Shown here: in pieces, positions 1 through 12,139 of the stretch
How positions within the stretch are numbered: position 1 is the first letter of the stretch
How the letters are laid out: every line of letters starts with the position of its first letter
From: Podarcis tiliguerta
Taxonomy: Eukaryota
Reading direction: 5' to 3' (one strand)
NCBI GenBank assembly: GCA_965153285.1
Contig: OZ229118.1
DNA length: 64,000 bases
Position numbers and translations under genes: made by a program
The notes under the pieces: generated by a model
What the model saw: only the letters and a program-made list of their open reading frames with translations
Told to the model about the DNA's origin: nothing
Databases searched by the model: none

Positions 1-1440
1 ATCTCTCCCTGAAAACCTGGAGAGCTACTGCCACTCAAGTCACTTCCAGAGCTTCTTAACTGTTCATCCTAATTTGTTAACTGGGAGGTTTGAAGGCATT
101 GGCTACAGATTGAGCACTCAATCTGATTTGATTGTGGGAAGGTTAGAGGATGTCAACTTCAAGCATTATCCCACACTTTTCTTGCATTTCCCCATCAAGG
201 TCCTTATAGCAAAAAGTAATATTTTAGGGAGGGGGCAGGGAGTGGGATTGCTGTGCAAGAGCACCCAATCAACCTGAATTGTGCAACCTGAATTTTCTGG
301 TGTGTGATTGAACCTGACCTTAAAATAGCAACTGTCTGGAAGAAGCCTCAGATGAGACAATAAGCGAGGAACTGGCAGGATGTATGCTGTCCAGCGGCCT
401 CTTCTCAGTGATTGTCCAAATGGTACTGAAAAATTGCCACTCTTAGGAACCACCCCTTCAACCAGTAGTTGAAGCAGGAAGTAGGCAGAGTATCGCAAGC
501 CTTGAAGGATATTGGACATGCCCCGTCTCTTCTGATGTTTGCACTGCTCCAGTTGCCTCCCTCTTCAGCTACTATAGCTTTAGGAAGCAGAGGTTCCTAA
601 AGGCTTTCCTTGCTATTCTATTGGGAGCTGGTACCTCAAAATGGTATTTCTGAAAGGAGCAGCTCTATTTGCCACTGCTCAGCCGCTTCCTAATCAGTTG
701 ACCTGGAGGGAAGGAGGAGATCACAGTGGGGAATTTTAAACATCTCCTTCTCCCATGGAAGTGTGTGCCTGGGAAAGGAGCTGCATCCCTTGTCTAGAAA
801 GACGCACAGTCTGACCAGGTAGGAGACAGCTTCACATGCTCCACTTGTAAGTGTTCCAAAACCACAAAATGTTTAGTTTGTTTTAGTGCTTTTAGGTTGC
901 ATACATTCATGTATGAGCAAAGGTTTAGAGTTTCCTGTTCAAGAAAGAGCAAGAAACATCATGTCATAGGCACCTTTGCCCTTTAAATAAACAACAACTT
1001 CTTATTTGAGAGCGCACTTTGAGAGTAGAAGTAATAAATATCTAAGAATTTATCCTTCTGTATTCAGTATACTATGTTTGTGAAAGTTTAACCTGACCAA
1101 GAATTTTATTACATTTACCTGGCTGAGCTATATTATGGTGTTTTTGTTTTGTTTTTTAATTGGTGGCTTACTTAAGCAGTACCATTTAACTAGGATTCAG
1201 AACAATATTCATATTAAGTTGAGTTGCAAAGAAAGCTGCAGGACAATGAACCTGAGCATGAAAAGCAAGTATGTCATAACATCTTCACCAGCCAGGCCTA
1301 AATAGATGCTTTTGGGGGAGGGAGTGTTTTCCTGCTTTAACCGGTACCTAAGCAGAAAATTGTTGTACTCAAGAACCAAACTCAAATGACAGGGAAGAAC
1401 ATGAAAAATGTAAAAATGTTAAATTTAAAATTTTTGAATT

Positions 1441-1473
1441 CCTTTCCCCCGCCCCTTCTCTCTTTCTAAACAG
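1441..1473 (+). other. 3' splice acceptor of the FHDC1 terminal exon
   Basis: cctttcccccgccccttctctctttctaaaCAG|GAA: long pyrimidine tract and CAG directly before the coding frame. Confidence 0.9.
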
Positions 1474-3501
1474 GAAAACAAGGAAAGAGAGGCCCAGGAA
1501 CTTCAACAGCAACAGCGATTAAAGGAGTTGGAGCTAAAACGCCGGTCCTGGGTTGCCGGGGATCTTGGAGCTTTTGGCAGGAGCAGCAGTGAAAATGATG
1601 TTGGGATGTTGACAAAGAGAGGACTTGAAGAATTTCTGCCCTTCTTGCAGCAGAGACCGCAAAGTCCTTCTTACAGAAATGTCAGCACCAGGCGTTCCCG
1701 GCATTCCCTGGGAGTCACTGCAGACAGAGAGCTGTTGAGTTTCCTGGAGACCTCAAAGGGTGAGGATGCAAACAAGTCCAACAGCCTTCCTCGTGAGCAT
1801 GCAGGTCAAGCAAGACCCAGTGTGGCCTGGACTGAATCTAGAGAGCCTGGAGATCTTGGTTTAACCAACTTGCACTTGCACCAGGCACCGGAAGAAGGGG
1901 TGGAGTGCAGCTACTTCCAGTTGCCCCCATCTCATTCTGATCACATGGTAAGCCTCGAGGACGACAGCACTGCCCATGCTAATCTCTACAGCGACCAAGA
2001 GAGTGCTGACAACGACAAGTATAGATTCGATGTGCCTTGTACGAAAGCCACAGATGCAGCCCCCTGGGACTTGTCCCTTGAAGAAGATGAACATGTTCCA
2101 GGGCTGCTGAAGCTTGACCCCCATGAACCAGATGATGTGGAGGACCTATCTGCAGTTCATTTTGAGGCTGATGTGAGAGGTTTGGAGGCTCTGGGTGACT
2201 CAAGCTTATACACTCCTGACATAGTAGCTCCTCCTGTTCCAGCCTTCAGAAAATCAAAAGCTGACCATGCAGCCAAAGTAGCAGGTCATGCCCCTGAAGC
2301 TCTGGAACCAGGCAGTGATAGCCCCACATCCTCAGATGGTAGTGTTTCAGGAAATAAGGCACATGGACCAATGTTCTATGTATCTGAGACTTCTGACTGT
2401 TCTTTGATGTTTGATCTGCCAGAAGGAAATGATCCAAGGCTCGGGGGCAACAGCAAAGTGAACAGCAAAGACGGTGGTGCTATTGCCCCTTTTAGGAATG
2501 ATCTTCCGGCTGGTGGTGATGCCGTTTTGGGCCTGAACTCGCTTTCTGCTGATAAGGATGACTCCGGCAGCAAGTCAGGTCTCCCAAAGGAAAAACCTGT
2601 GAGAAGCAAAGATGCTGTGGGGCCAAAGAGGAATTCTCTGAAAGATAAATCTTCAAGTGCTGCAAAACCCAGCAGTGGTCCACTCAACCCCCCCAGACCG
2701 TCAGTCAGAACGCTGAATTCTTCAGAGAATGCAAGCATGAGAAAAGTAGTGCCCATTTCCAGATCGACTAAAGCAGCACCCCCGAGCTGTACCAAAAAGC
2801 CAGACCCTAAGCCAGCACCCCGAGACACCGGTGCACCTGAAGCACGACTCACGCGTCGCAACTCCATCCGGGGCAACTCCGCAGAGGCAGCGCCAAAACC
2901 TCAGTACAGGCAGAGCACATCTGTAGAGGAGCCGAAATTCCAGAGGGGGACGGCAGCTTCAAGTAGCGGCCATTTTGAGAGAGAGCCGCTCCAGCACAAG
3001 GGCTCCTTCAAAAAGCCAAGCTCCAAACCAGTCAGGTATGTCCCCAAGTCGAAGAATGACGAAACCAAGATGTGCCGCTCTTTGACCAAACCCCCATCCC
3101 CTACAGAAGCCAGCAAAAGCACAACGGCCCCTGTCCCCAAGACACCAGCTCCAGTTCCGAGCTTTGCAAGAAATACAGTGGCCTCTTCCTCAAAATGCGC
3201 CAAGGTGGATTTGCCAGTCCCTTCCAAACCTCCAGCCCTCACAAGGTCTCTGTCTCAGAGGCTTCCTAGGATGAAGATGACAACAGCCTCTGACGATTCT
3301 TATCCAAGGGAAAGTGGTGGAGGCACGCTCAAGCGAGCAAACAGTGCTAGGTTTATCAAAAGGAACACTGACAATGGTGACCTTCTAAGTGTTAAAGTGG
3401 AGCCCGTGCTAAAGGAACAAATGATAATGGAAAAGTCAACATCCCTCAAATGTAAAGATGGAAATCAGACTACAATAGGGAAACTGCTGAATCACTTTTG
3501 A
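1474..3501 (+). CDS. FHDC1: FH2 domain-containing protein 1 (FHDC1/INF1), last coding exon (675 aa C-terminal tail incl. microtubule-binding region); upstream exons lie outside the window
   Basis: Polypyrimidine tract + CAG acceptor (1441-1473), then an in-frame phase-0 open frame ENKEREAQELQQQQRLKELELKRRSWVAGDLGAFGRSSSENDV...RRSRHSLG...DRELLSFLE...VPSFARNTVASSS ending at TGA 3499-3501. The motifs GAFGRSSSENDV, RELL.FLE and PSFARNTVASS match recalled vertebrate FHDC1. The ORF-track start at 1528 (TTG) is internal to the exon. Confidence 0.93.
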   Translation, partial: ENKEREAQELQQQQRLKELELKRRSWVAGDLGAFGRSSSENDVGMLTKRGLEEFLPFLQQRPQSPSYRNVSTRRSRHSLGVTADRELLSFLETSKGEDANKSNSLPREHAGQARPSVAWTESREPGDLGLTNLHLHQAPEEGVECSYFQLPPSHSDHMVSLEDDSTAHANLYSDQESADNDKYRFDVPCTKATDAAPWDLSLEEDEHVPGLLKLDPHEPDDVEDLSAVHFEADVRGLEALGDSSLYTPDIVAPPVPAFRKSKADHAAKVAGHAPEALEPGSDSPTSSDGSVSGNKAHGPMFYVSETSDCSLMFDLPEGNDPRLGGNSKVNSKDGGAIAPFRNDLPAGGDAVLGLNSLSADKDDSGSKSGLPKEKPVRSKDAVGPKRNSLKDKSSSAAKPSSGPLNPPRPSVRTLNSSENASMRKVVPISRSTKAAPPSCTKKPDPKPAPRDTGAPEARLTRRNSIRGNSAEAAPKPQYRQSTSVEEPKFQRGTAASSSGHFEREPLQHKGSFKKPSSKPVRYVPKSKNDETKMCRSLTKPPSPTEASKSTTAPVPKTPAPVPSFARNTVASSSKCAKVDLPVPSKPPALTRSLSQRLPRMKMTTASDDSYPRESGGGTLKRANSARFIKRNTDNGDLLSVKVEPVLKEQMIMEKSTSLKCKDGNQTTIGKLLNHF

Positions 3502-5790
3502 AAATAAAGGGTGTGTGTAGTGTTTGGCAATACAGAATGTGAAAACCAGCTCTTTTAAACACTGCATTTTCCTGGTGTGTGAAATACCCCGAAACGTTAA
3601 CGTATTAAGAATACCAAATGCAAACTAAAGGTACATTGTGTGGATCCTGCTGTATGTCTGAACTGAATGTATTGACCATTACTGTGATGGAGTTGCTGTA
3701 ACAAAGTTCCTTTGCTTTTGGGAGATAGTACCTCTACATGAATTTTACACGCTAAAGGAATGCATCTGTTTAATGAAAAGGAAAGAAAAACAGAGCTAGG
3801 GATTATGGCCAGTTGTATGAACACTGCTTTTCTGAAAATGCCGTCCTGAATTCTTTTTTGGGAAAGTATGGAAAGCAGATGTGGATCGCTTTAATTCATT
3901 GGGTCCAAGAAAAAAAGTGTCTGTTGCTGGGTCCATTGCTGGCAATTGGACACAAAGAACCTCTGGCCTATAATAGGATCAAACAGGATATTGCTGTGTT
4001 GCGGGGGGGAGGGGCGTTGGTTGTAATATCATCTGAGGGATTTGCAGCATGTCTTAAATTGTATGTGTGTCTGTAGGAAGGAGGGGAAACTCTGCTGGGC
4101 AGAAGGTTTATTCTCCAAGAGTGTGACAAAACTGCCTTGCATGTACAAATAGAATAGTCAATGGAATGACTGGTGCTGGAATTAGTAGGATTAGCCTGAA
4201 GGTTGTGACTTTCAGAAACCACAAGTAGTAGCTGGGGGGAAATGGCTACAGGTGACTTCCCTTGTGTCAGTTAACATGCAAACTTGCCAGCTTTTGGCAT
4301 ATACAAAAGTGCCATATTTATATTACACATCACAGATACTACGAGGGCTACAACCTCTAGCAGAGCACTTTTCCTGCCAATTCTCATTCCCATTCGTTTT
4401 TAACTACTGTCAGGTGACTTTAAAATGCTGCTATGGCTCTTATTGGGAAGAGCCTTTGATTTCCCTGCTGCCTATTTTCTTTTATCAACATGACCAGCTG
4501 GCCCAAAACATGCAAGTTCCTTCTTTGCGTGACAAAAAGCTCCCCCCCCCCCCATTTTTGGTAAATTAAGCTTATTTTGCTCCTGGTGCAGATTTTAACA
4601 CTACTTTTTAAACTTCACTTTTTGATAAGCTTTGTTTTTATATATAAAAAAGACTCTGGTTCACTGCAAAAAAATGACATCAGGTCAGACTAAGATACAG
4701 AGAATGAGGAAAAACTTGTCACTACGAGTTCTGCCTTCCCTTTGGTCCCTTTCCAGATACATATAAGTAGGTGGGGAAACTGGCTGTTGCTGCTCAGCCT
4801 ATGTACTTAAATAGTTGCTATCCAAGTCATCTATGAAAACCCTTTTTATTAAAAATACCCATGCAATGAAAATAGTTGGACAGATGACTTTGAGCTGGTC
4901 ATCCCTCCCCATTAACACTCCCCACTTTTTCTTCCTTCCTTCACCTAATACTAAGTGTAATCAGTCACAACAAGACACTTGCACTGGTGTGACAATTGAA
5001 TCTTGAGGGTTGAGTGCCTCCATTGATGGGAAAACCTTTGATCTAGTAGATGCTTCCACTAGCAGAAGGAAGACAATTCTCCCTTCCTTCTGCAGTCCCC
5101 TGTCCAACTCCCATCTGCTCAAGGGAGTGGGGGAACTTCAGGAGCGATGTGGTAGATGTCTGCAGGAGAAAGGAGAGATTTGCTAAAATAAACTCCCTCC
5201 ATTTCAGCTCATGGAGTCTCCATTGGCTCAGACTCTTTCATCAGCAGAGAGGCACCATGCTGAACTTGACTCAACCCACCAATTCTACCATTTCAGTTCA
5301 TGGCCTTACATTTTTATTTCTTTGTCCCATTATAGAAATAGTTTTCAGGAACTCCTCAGAAAGTATGCCAGAATGTCACCAAGTGTGCTATTGGGCCCTC
5401 TCAAACAAGACACCATCTCAGTGTGATAGTTGACTTGGGCTCCCTCTTTATAGTAAAGGTGCTTGGAAGGAATCCTTGTTATTGGTTTTATAAGCTTCTT
5501 GGGTACTCCTCCCTCCATGGTTTGAATGCAGTAATCTGTCCATTTGGCGCTGCCTGTATCTTTTTGTGTGCTCATCTGCAAAAGCAGGTGTTGGATTTTT
5601 TTTATTACCTTTTGATGGTAGTAAGCTTGAAAAGAGAAAATAATTTAAATGTTACATGTTCGGAAACTGTAAGTAAATTTCTATATAAGAAGTATCTGTA
5701 AAAATGAACTGGATGTATTTAATGGACCATTTATACATTTCTGAGTTTATCTTGCTAGTTTAATAAAGTTCCCATTTTATGGGGGTTTGT
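3502..5790 (+). other. FHDC1: FHDC1 3' UTR (~2.3 kb; 3' end approximate)
   Basis: AT-rich sequence with no recognisable repeats after the stop codon, ending at AATAAA 5762-5767. UGUA elements lie upstream and GU/U-rich sequence downstream. Interspersed repeats resume at about 6010. Confidence 0.65.
5762..5767 (+). terminator. Polyadenylation signal (distal, likely main) of FHDC1
   Basis: AATAAA followed about 15-35 nt later by GU/U-rich ggtttgtgctatatgtttcc; several TGTA upstream. Confidence 0.65.
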
Positions 5791-6009
5791 GCTATATGTT
5801 TCCATTATTCCATTGTAATTTTGATTAACGTTTGAGGCTCACATTGGAGCAGATCATGCTTAATTTTGTGTCCCTGGAAGGAAATGAATGCATTTTGAAT
5901 AAGGTCTAAAATGCTGGGTTGAGAACATGTTTCTTTTCAATGGTTATGCCTTTCTGAAACTAAATGAGGTGTTCTGGAAATGGATCTTGAATGCCTATCA
6001 CCCTCATCC

Positions 6010-6190
6010 TAGGAACACAGAAGGAACCCTGTTGCATTAGATCCTAGTCCATGCCTCAGCCAACCAGCTGCATATAGGAGGTCCACAAACTCAACATGAG
6101 GGCATTAGTCCTCTCATGTTGTTGCTCCCCAGCAACAGGTATTCAGAGTCCTGAAGTCTCTGGTCCTAGAAGTAGCATATAGATACCATG
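6010..6190 (-). mobile_element. CR1-type LINE 3' fragment (decayed)
   Basis: Similar to the better-preserved copies at 13560-13735 and 55829-56010 (gttgctccccagcaac.ggtattcagag motif). Confidence 0.5.
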
Positions 6191-8924
6191 AGTTCTGGCA
6201 AAGGCTTATGGGAGTTGTAGTCCAAGACATTTTGGGCGGCACCAGTTTGGGGAAGGCTGCTTTAGAATACGAAGATCTAAGATCAGATAGCAACTGTGGT
6301 CAAATGAGGCCTTTTTTAATGTGAATGCATATCCTTTGACTCTTTCAGTGCACACACTTCTAATAAGATATATTCTTTAATTCGTGTCCTTGTTTTGCTG
6401 TCAAGGATTGGCAGTGGAGGGTAGCAAAACTGGATCTGTGTGTGTTGTAGCAGCCTAGTAAAATTCAAGGTCAGAGTGGAGAGGTGTGATTTTTGCACAC
6501 ACACCCTGGGCCCGAGCCCTTGATGGGTGCCAACCTAGCTAACACCCAGGTACACCCCAGAGCCCTCCGTTTGTTGGGGGCAGCACTCAGACCCCGAGGA
6601 TCAGGGAATGTCTCTCTTCTTTCCACCTTCCCGAATGGGGGAAGAACGTTTGAATGAAGTTATCAAAACAGTCAATGGAGCCACAAAAACTCTTCTTCTT
6701 TTTTTAAGAGTGTAGCCTTTGGCTGGATATTTCCACAGCATAAAGCACATGGCTTCCTCCAAAGAATCATGTGAGCTGCAGTTTGTAAAGGGTGCTGGGA
6801 ACTGCAGTTCTACAGAATTCTTTGGGTGGAAGCCACGTGCTTTGAATGTATGGTGTGCATGTGAGGTAGAGACTTAGCAAGGATATTAGAAGCAGCTGGG
6901 CCTTGCAAACTGGAGAATTTGAACACGCCTGAGTGGATAACTTTTTAAAGGCATGGCTCTATTTATTTTGATTAAAAGACATTGCTGCAAAAGCGTGATA
7001 TGTTAACTGCCAATTGCCATTTTAAAAAGGGGTGGGTGGATTTAAAATAACGTTGGGTGGAAAGCCTCCTCCCCGTTGCTAGTGCCTGTATGCCAAAAAG
7101 CCCAAAGTTATTCTATATTAAACAGCAAGAAAACAAACCTGTAACAAAGGACTTGAGGTGAAAGGTCTACATGTGGAGGGACTACAGCATCCGGCCGCGA
7201 TACTGAAAGGACAACAATGAAAGATCACGAACCCTAGACATGCAGCCAAAGTTAAAATCTTTCCCAGCCACCCAAGAGAATATTAACCATGTCTATCACA
7301 CCTAGTGCTATTTTTATTTGGTCTCGTATCCTTTCTCTCATATCTGGGGATAACCAATATTGAGGGTATATATAAAGCGGATACTCATTGCCAGTTCCTT
7401 TTCTCAGGAGATGCATATGTGTTTGAGCTGCTATATGGCCTGAATATCTTCAAACATCCCTGTCATGTGGACCTATACAGTTTTAGTAGAAAATGCCAGT
7501 TGTGTACAGATGAGCATGTGTGTTTTAAACAGAAGTTGGCCCTACCCTAACCATGGCCAATCTTCTGTGAGATTAAGGCATGCTTTAAAAATACATCCCC
7601 CAAACAGCTGCAGCACTTTAACATTTCATTATCAAACTGCTACCCCATTCCCTGTTGCAGTTGCTGACAGTGTCAAAAAGAAAATTTCAAACGGGACATC
7701 CATTGACCCTGAGAAACTAGCAAAGGAACTGCAAGCTGCAAAAATCCTCCCCCCACAACAGGATAACTTCCTTCTCTTTGTTACTCCTTCCATGTGATTT
7801 GGATTGTGGATTTCAATGCAAAGATGACCATTAGCATAGTGAATTCATGTTGGGAGGGTTCTTGCAGATGCAGAATCCGTTTGAAGAGGGGGGTGGGGTG
7901 TTCAGAAGAGGGTAGGAATTGCATAAGTTGTCAGCTGAGACTCCATAGTAAAGAGTGTGGGAAAATTCCATCTTAATGTTGGTGCTTTGTTAGGAGCAGG
8001 AGCAGCATTGCATATTTGCAAGCTTCACATAGTTCCCTTCCTTTCCTATAGTTATGTGTTAAATACTCTAACCCATAAGCAAGTCAAGAGGATCTTTTTA
8101 ATTCAAATACCCTGCTGTCCAGCTGCAGCAGATTGGAGAAACAAGCAAAACTGTAGACCACCTGAAGCAGATTACTATAATTGCAGCTAAGAGTTGACCA
8201 TGTCAAAAAAACAAGACAAAAACTGCTGGTAGAATAGCTGTAACTTTGGCCAAAATGGGTTTGGTTCTCTACTCCCCATGGCTGTGGAGTTTTAGCACAA
8301 GAAGCAGCAGAAATAAGCTTTCAAGGTGAGTGTGTAGTATTCTATTAAAATAAAATAAAATTGTCATGTGTGCTGTATGTTGACCCACCTGTTTGCTAAC
8401 ACAAGCGCACATTAGTTTGTTCTTAAATCCAGTTGCAGACTATGGCTCTTGTATTCACCCCATGCTGAGGAAATGGGGAAATTTGCATAGAGATTTCCTC
8501 TTCCTAGTAAGAACTATTGAAGCTACTTCTATGTTGCAGGGAAAATATGGGTGTCTGCTTGGGTAAGGAGCGGGAAAGAGCACTAATGTTAGCAGATACG
8601 TGACAGATACAAATAGCTATATTTTCCTAGTGGCAGAAAGGTTTATATCACATCATTAGGGTGGATTACAGTATTAAAAATACCATATTAAAATAAGTTT
8701 AAAACAAATTGCAGCCAAGAGAATAGGATGGGTCCTAAAATACGTATTGCTAGTGTCAAAGACCAAAGAGGTATGTCTTCAGCATATAATGGAAACTGAC
8801 TACATAATAAAGGTGCCAGACACACCTCTGTGGGGAGGGAATTTCTGCCACAAATTCCTCTCCTGGGCCTCTCCTGGATCACCACCACCCATGAACTTCT
8901 GAGGGCAGTGGAACACCTAAGAGG

Positions 8925-9245
8925 GCCCCTCTGCTAATCTGAAGACCTAAGAGACTCTGTGGGGAAGGAGGAAGTCCATCAGATATTGGGGTCCTTTAGG
9001 GTTTTAAACACTAATGTGAGCATTTTGAATTTGGCCTAGAAGCCAGTGCAGCTGTTTAGAAAGCGGGTAATATGAGTTATAAATGGAAACCCGGTCATTA
9101 ATTTGGCTACTGTATTTTGGACTAGTTGAAGCTTCTGAGATCTCTTCAAGGACAGCCCCATGTAGCGTGTATTGCAGTTTAGAAGTTACCAGAGCCTGCA
9201 GTATGACAGCCAAATTGTCTCTGTCCAAAAGGAACCTGTCCAAAA
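8925..9245 (-). mobile_element. L2 LINE fragment (RT C-terminal region)
   Basis: Minus-strand translation contains AVILQALVTSKLQY...LHWL, the typical L2 ORF2 C-terminal motifs (ALVTSRLDYC...LHWLP). Confidence 0.7.
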
Positions 9246-10229
9246 TTGATTTGGGCTGAAGCATCTGGATTTTACTCATTTTACATATGGACTAATCTGT
9301 GTGTAGCGAAAATTATAAAATATTATTTAATAAAAAGTATAAATTAAAAAAGGCCATTTTGTGATGGGAGGGAATGCTTCCATCTCCTATGCTGGGGTTT
9401 TTTTTGGGGGGGGGGGGAGGAATAGCATTCAGACATAATTATGCATAAGTGCTAGTTAGTGCATGAAGGGGTTAAAATTACAGAGTTGTGTTCCTAGACT
9501 CAGTTCAACTCCCCACTTTCTCCAACAAGGGAGAAAGTGAAGCTTTTTCTTCTTGTTCTCCATTCATCTTTTCCCTGTGCCAGTAACTGATCAAGGAGGA
9601 CTTGCCTAAGCAACCTCCAAGCTAAGAGCATGTGCTTGAATCTATCTTTCTGTATGTTCTACCCTGTCTGTGTTCTCCTTGCTGCTGCTTGTATAAATGC
9701 ATGAATCTGACCTTTGGAATGTTTTGTAAGTAGCAGTTGTGTGGTCTGCTCTTTGCAAGAGGGGCAGACTAAATGGGATATGCAAAAGGTTTAACAGCAT
9801 ACATTCCTAATGCTTCACCTTGCTGCTTGACTTTGTGAATTTAAACTCTGCTAGTAGGGCTCTCTCCTGCTGAAAGGTGCATTTAGCCCTGTGTTTTGAA
9901 TCCAGGCACTCAGCCAATTATTTTATTTATGCCCCCCACGTGTGTCACAGAGATTTGTATTTCTCCCACACACAAATTTGAGATTGTAATAACTTTATTA
10001 TTCTCCCTACAAGGTTACTGCACTGAGATCCAACATGGCTAGGTGATCGGTTCATGACATAGCTAATGCAGCATGGTTTTAGTTCATTGCATACTCTCAT
10101 CTGAATCCCAAGAACCAAAATCCACCTTAAGGCCCCCCCCCCCCCCCGAATAACAAAGATTAAATCTAATGCTTTACCTGGTACAACTTGTTTAGCCAGC
10201 TGGCTGTATGCAAATGGAATTAAGATGTC

Positions 10230-10400
10230 ACAGAACAGATTCAGGTTCAATATTAGGAGCAACTTCCTAAAGCATTAGAGCCCGTGAGCAGTGCAAAAAT
10301 TTGCATAGGGATGTTGAGGAATTTATTCCTGTGTCGGGCCTTTGAGAAGGGTCTAGATGGTCATCTTTCAGAAGTGCTGTACGTTTTAAGTTTTCTGCTT
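10230..10400 (+). mobile_element. CR1 LINE 3' fragment
   Basis: agattcaggttcaatattaggagcaacttcctaa matches the CR1 ORF2 end (RFRLNIRKNFL) and is followed by CR1 3' sequence. Confidence 0.6.
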
Positions 10401-10679
10401 CAAGGTAACAATGGCCTCACCTCTTCCCTCTGTGCCTGCCGCTGACTTGAGGCTCTAAGAAGTGCTTCAAATGTCTTATCAGGAGCTGAAACAACATTAC
10501 AAATGAGTGATGAAAATTCATGCCAGTGCACGCACTATCAAGGCCTTTTAAACAGAATTTATTGTAGCTTTGCTTACTCATATGTACACCACTTGTAAAT
10601 AACTTTTTTGCAGACCCCATTTAAGGTTCTGCCCTTTTAAAAAAATGGTGCGAAAATGCTTCACCTACCGCAGGGCTTG

Positions 10680-10870
10680 TTTATTATAATTATTTTCTAT
10701 ACCGCCCTTCATGTGAAGATCACAGGGCGCATTACAGTACAGAAACATAAAAATACATACCATAATAACAAAGAAAAACAATAGACCCTCCCCCAGTTTA
10801 AAAGGCCATGGATTGTTTAATTACGTAGCCAAGGCCTAAGAGAAGAGGAATGTTTTTGTTGGGTGCCCAG
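10680..10870 (-). mobile_element. L2-type LINE 3' end
   Basis: ttctataccgccc...cagggcg is the reverse complement of the squamate L2 terminal motif; AT-rich tail to its left. Confidence 0.55.
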
Positions 10871-11902
10871 GTTTAGGTTTAATTTTTGTGTGTTTGATTA
10901 CAGAATTTTCCCACTGCTAAGGTTGTTAATGATTCTATATAAAATTGTGGTTTTGGTTTTTTTTAAAAAATTTAAAAAGTCTTAAAAGTTGCAGTATTTT
11001 TAAAATGTTTGCACATGCACTTTGTGTTTCCCTTACCCGTCTGATATTTTGGTTTTTCTCTAATTCCAACCCTCCCTTTAACTATTTCCAGGACAATTTC
11101 CTCCCACTCCCATCCCCTTTATTGTCTCTTTTTTCTATCCTTCTCTAACAAGCCCTGCTGTAACTTATATTTTCTTTGTTCAGGTTGCAAAGGGTTTTTT
11201 GCTCCGATGGCTTCTTTCTTCCCCCCAACCAAAAAACAAAAGATCACAATAGTGCAGTTCGGTAATTTTAAATTCTGAACATAACTGTCATCCAGACCAC
11301 ATCTCTAGATAGTAATGTTTATTACTTCATTCATTTCAAAATGTGGTTACGCCAGTGTGGCTGCCTTTTCATATCCTCATTCTCATTTTTCTGCCCCAAA
11401 GCCAAGCCACCTGATGGTATCAAAGCTGGTACACTTGAGTTGTTAACCTGGAACACACCATCCTCCAGTTTCGAATATATGATACCAACCTTTGCCTTCT
11501 AAACTTATGAGGGAAGAGAAGCTGGGGGAAATACCAGACTACCTTATGGAACAGTGTCTAAAGCTTAAAGCTGCCACTCCATTGCTTTTCTGCCATCGTG
11601 CTGAACAACGGTTAATGACCCCAAATAGAGAAACTGGACTTATTGTGCAGAAAATGGATAAAGGTTACTAATAAGATATTTCAAGGGCAGTTATAGGCAT
11701 GAAAATATTTCCTGCCTGGCCAGAGATTCCACTGCTACAACTTTTCCCATCACTGTATCTTTGATTCAAAAAAGTTGTACTGTACCAGCTATCAATACAT
11801 CCCACAAAACATATTGATATACAATGCCTCAATCTCCTCTGAGCGGATGCACAAGATTCCAGACACTCACCCAGTTGGGTTGGAAATAGGATTTATCTAC
11901 AC

Positions 11903-12038
11903 CAGGCACCCCCAACCTTCAGCCCTCCAGATGTTTTGGACTTTAATTCCCATCATCCCTGACCACTGGTCCTGTTAGCTAGGGATCATGGGAGTTGTAG
12001 GCTAAAACATCTGGAGGGCTGCAGGTTGGGGATGCCTG
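11903..12038. mobile_element. hAT-type palindromic MITE
   Basis: Long TIRs caggcacccccaacct.../...aggttggggatgcctg; 8-bp TSD atctacac (11895-11902) / atctacgc (12039-12046). Confidence 0.85.
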
Positions 12039-12139
12039 ATCTACGCGTATTCACACTTGGATTTACTGTGGAGGGAGTTCAGAGCATTACATCTTAAAAT
12101 GCCATTTAGATCCAGTGACTGTTCATTTTTAAATTTGCC

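Noticed and set aside
1528-1530. TTG start of the 657-aa ORF as a true initiation codon
   Set aside because: The frame is open back to a splice acceptor at 1473; this is an internal position of a terminal exon.
1861-3242. Antisense ORFs (e.g. 2376-2876, 2901-3242) overlapping FHDC1
   Set aside because: Expected shadow ORFs of a GC-rich, low-complexity coding exon; no independent gene signals.
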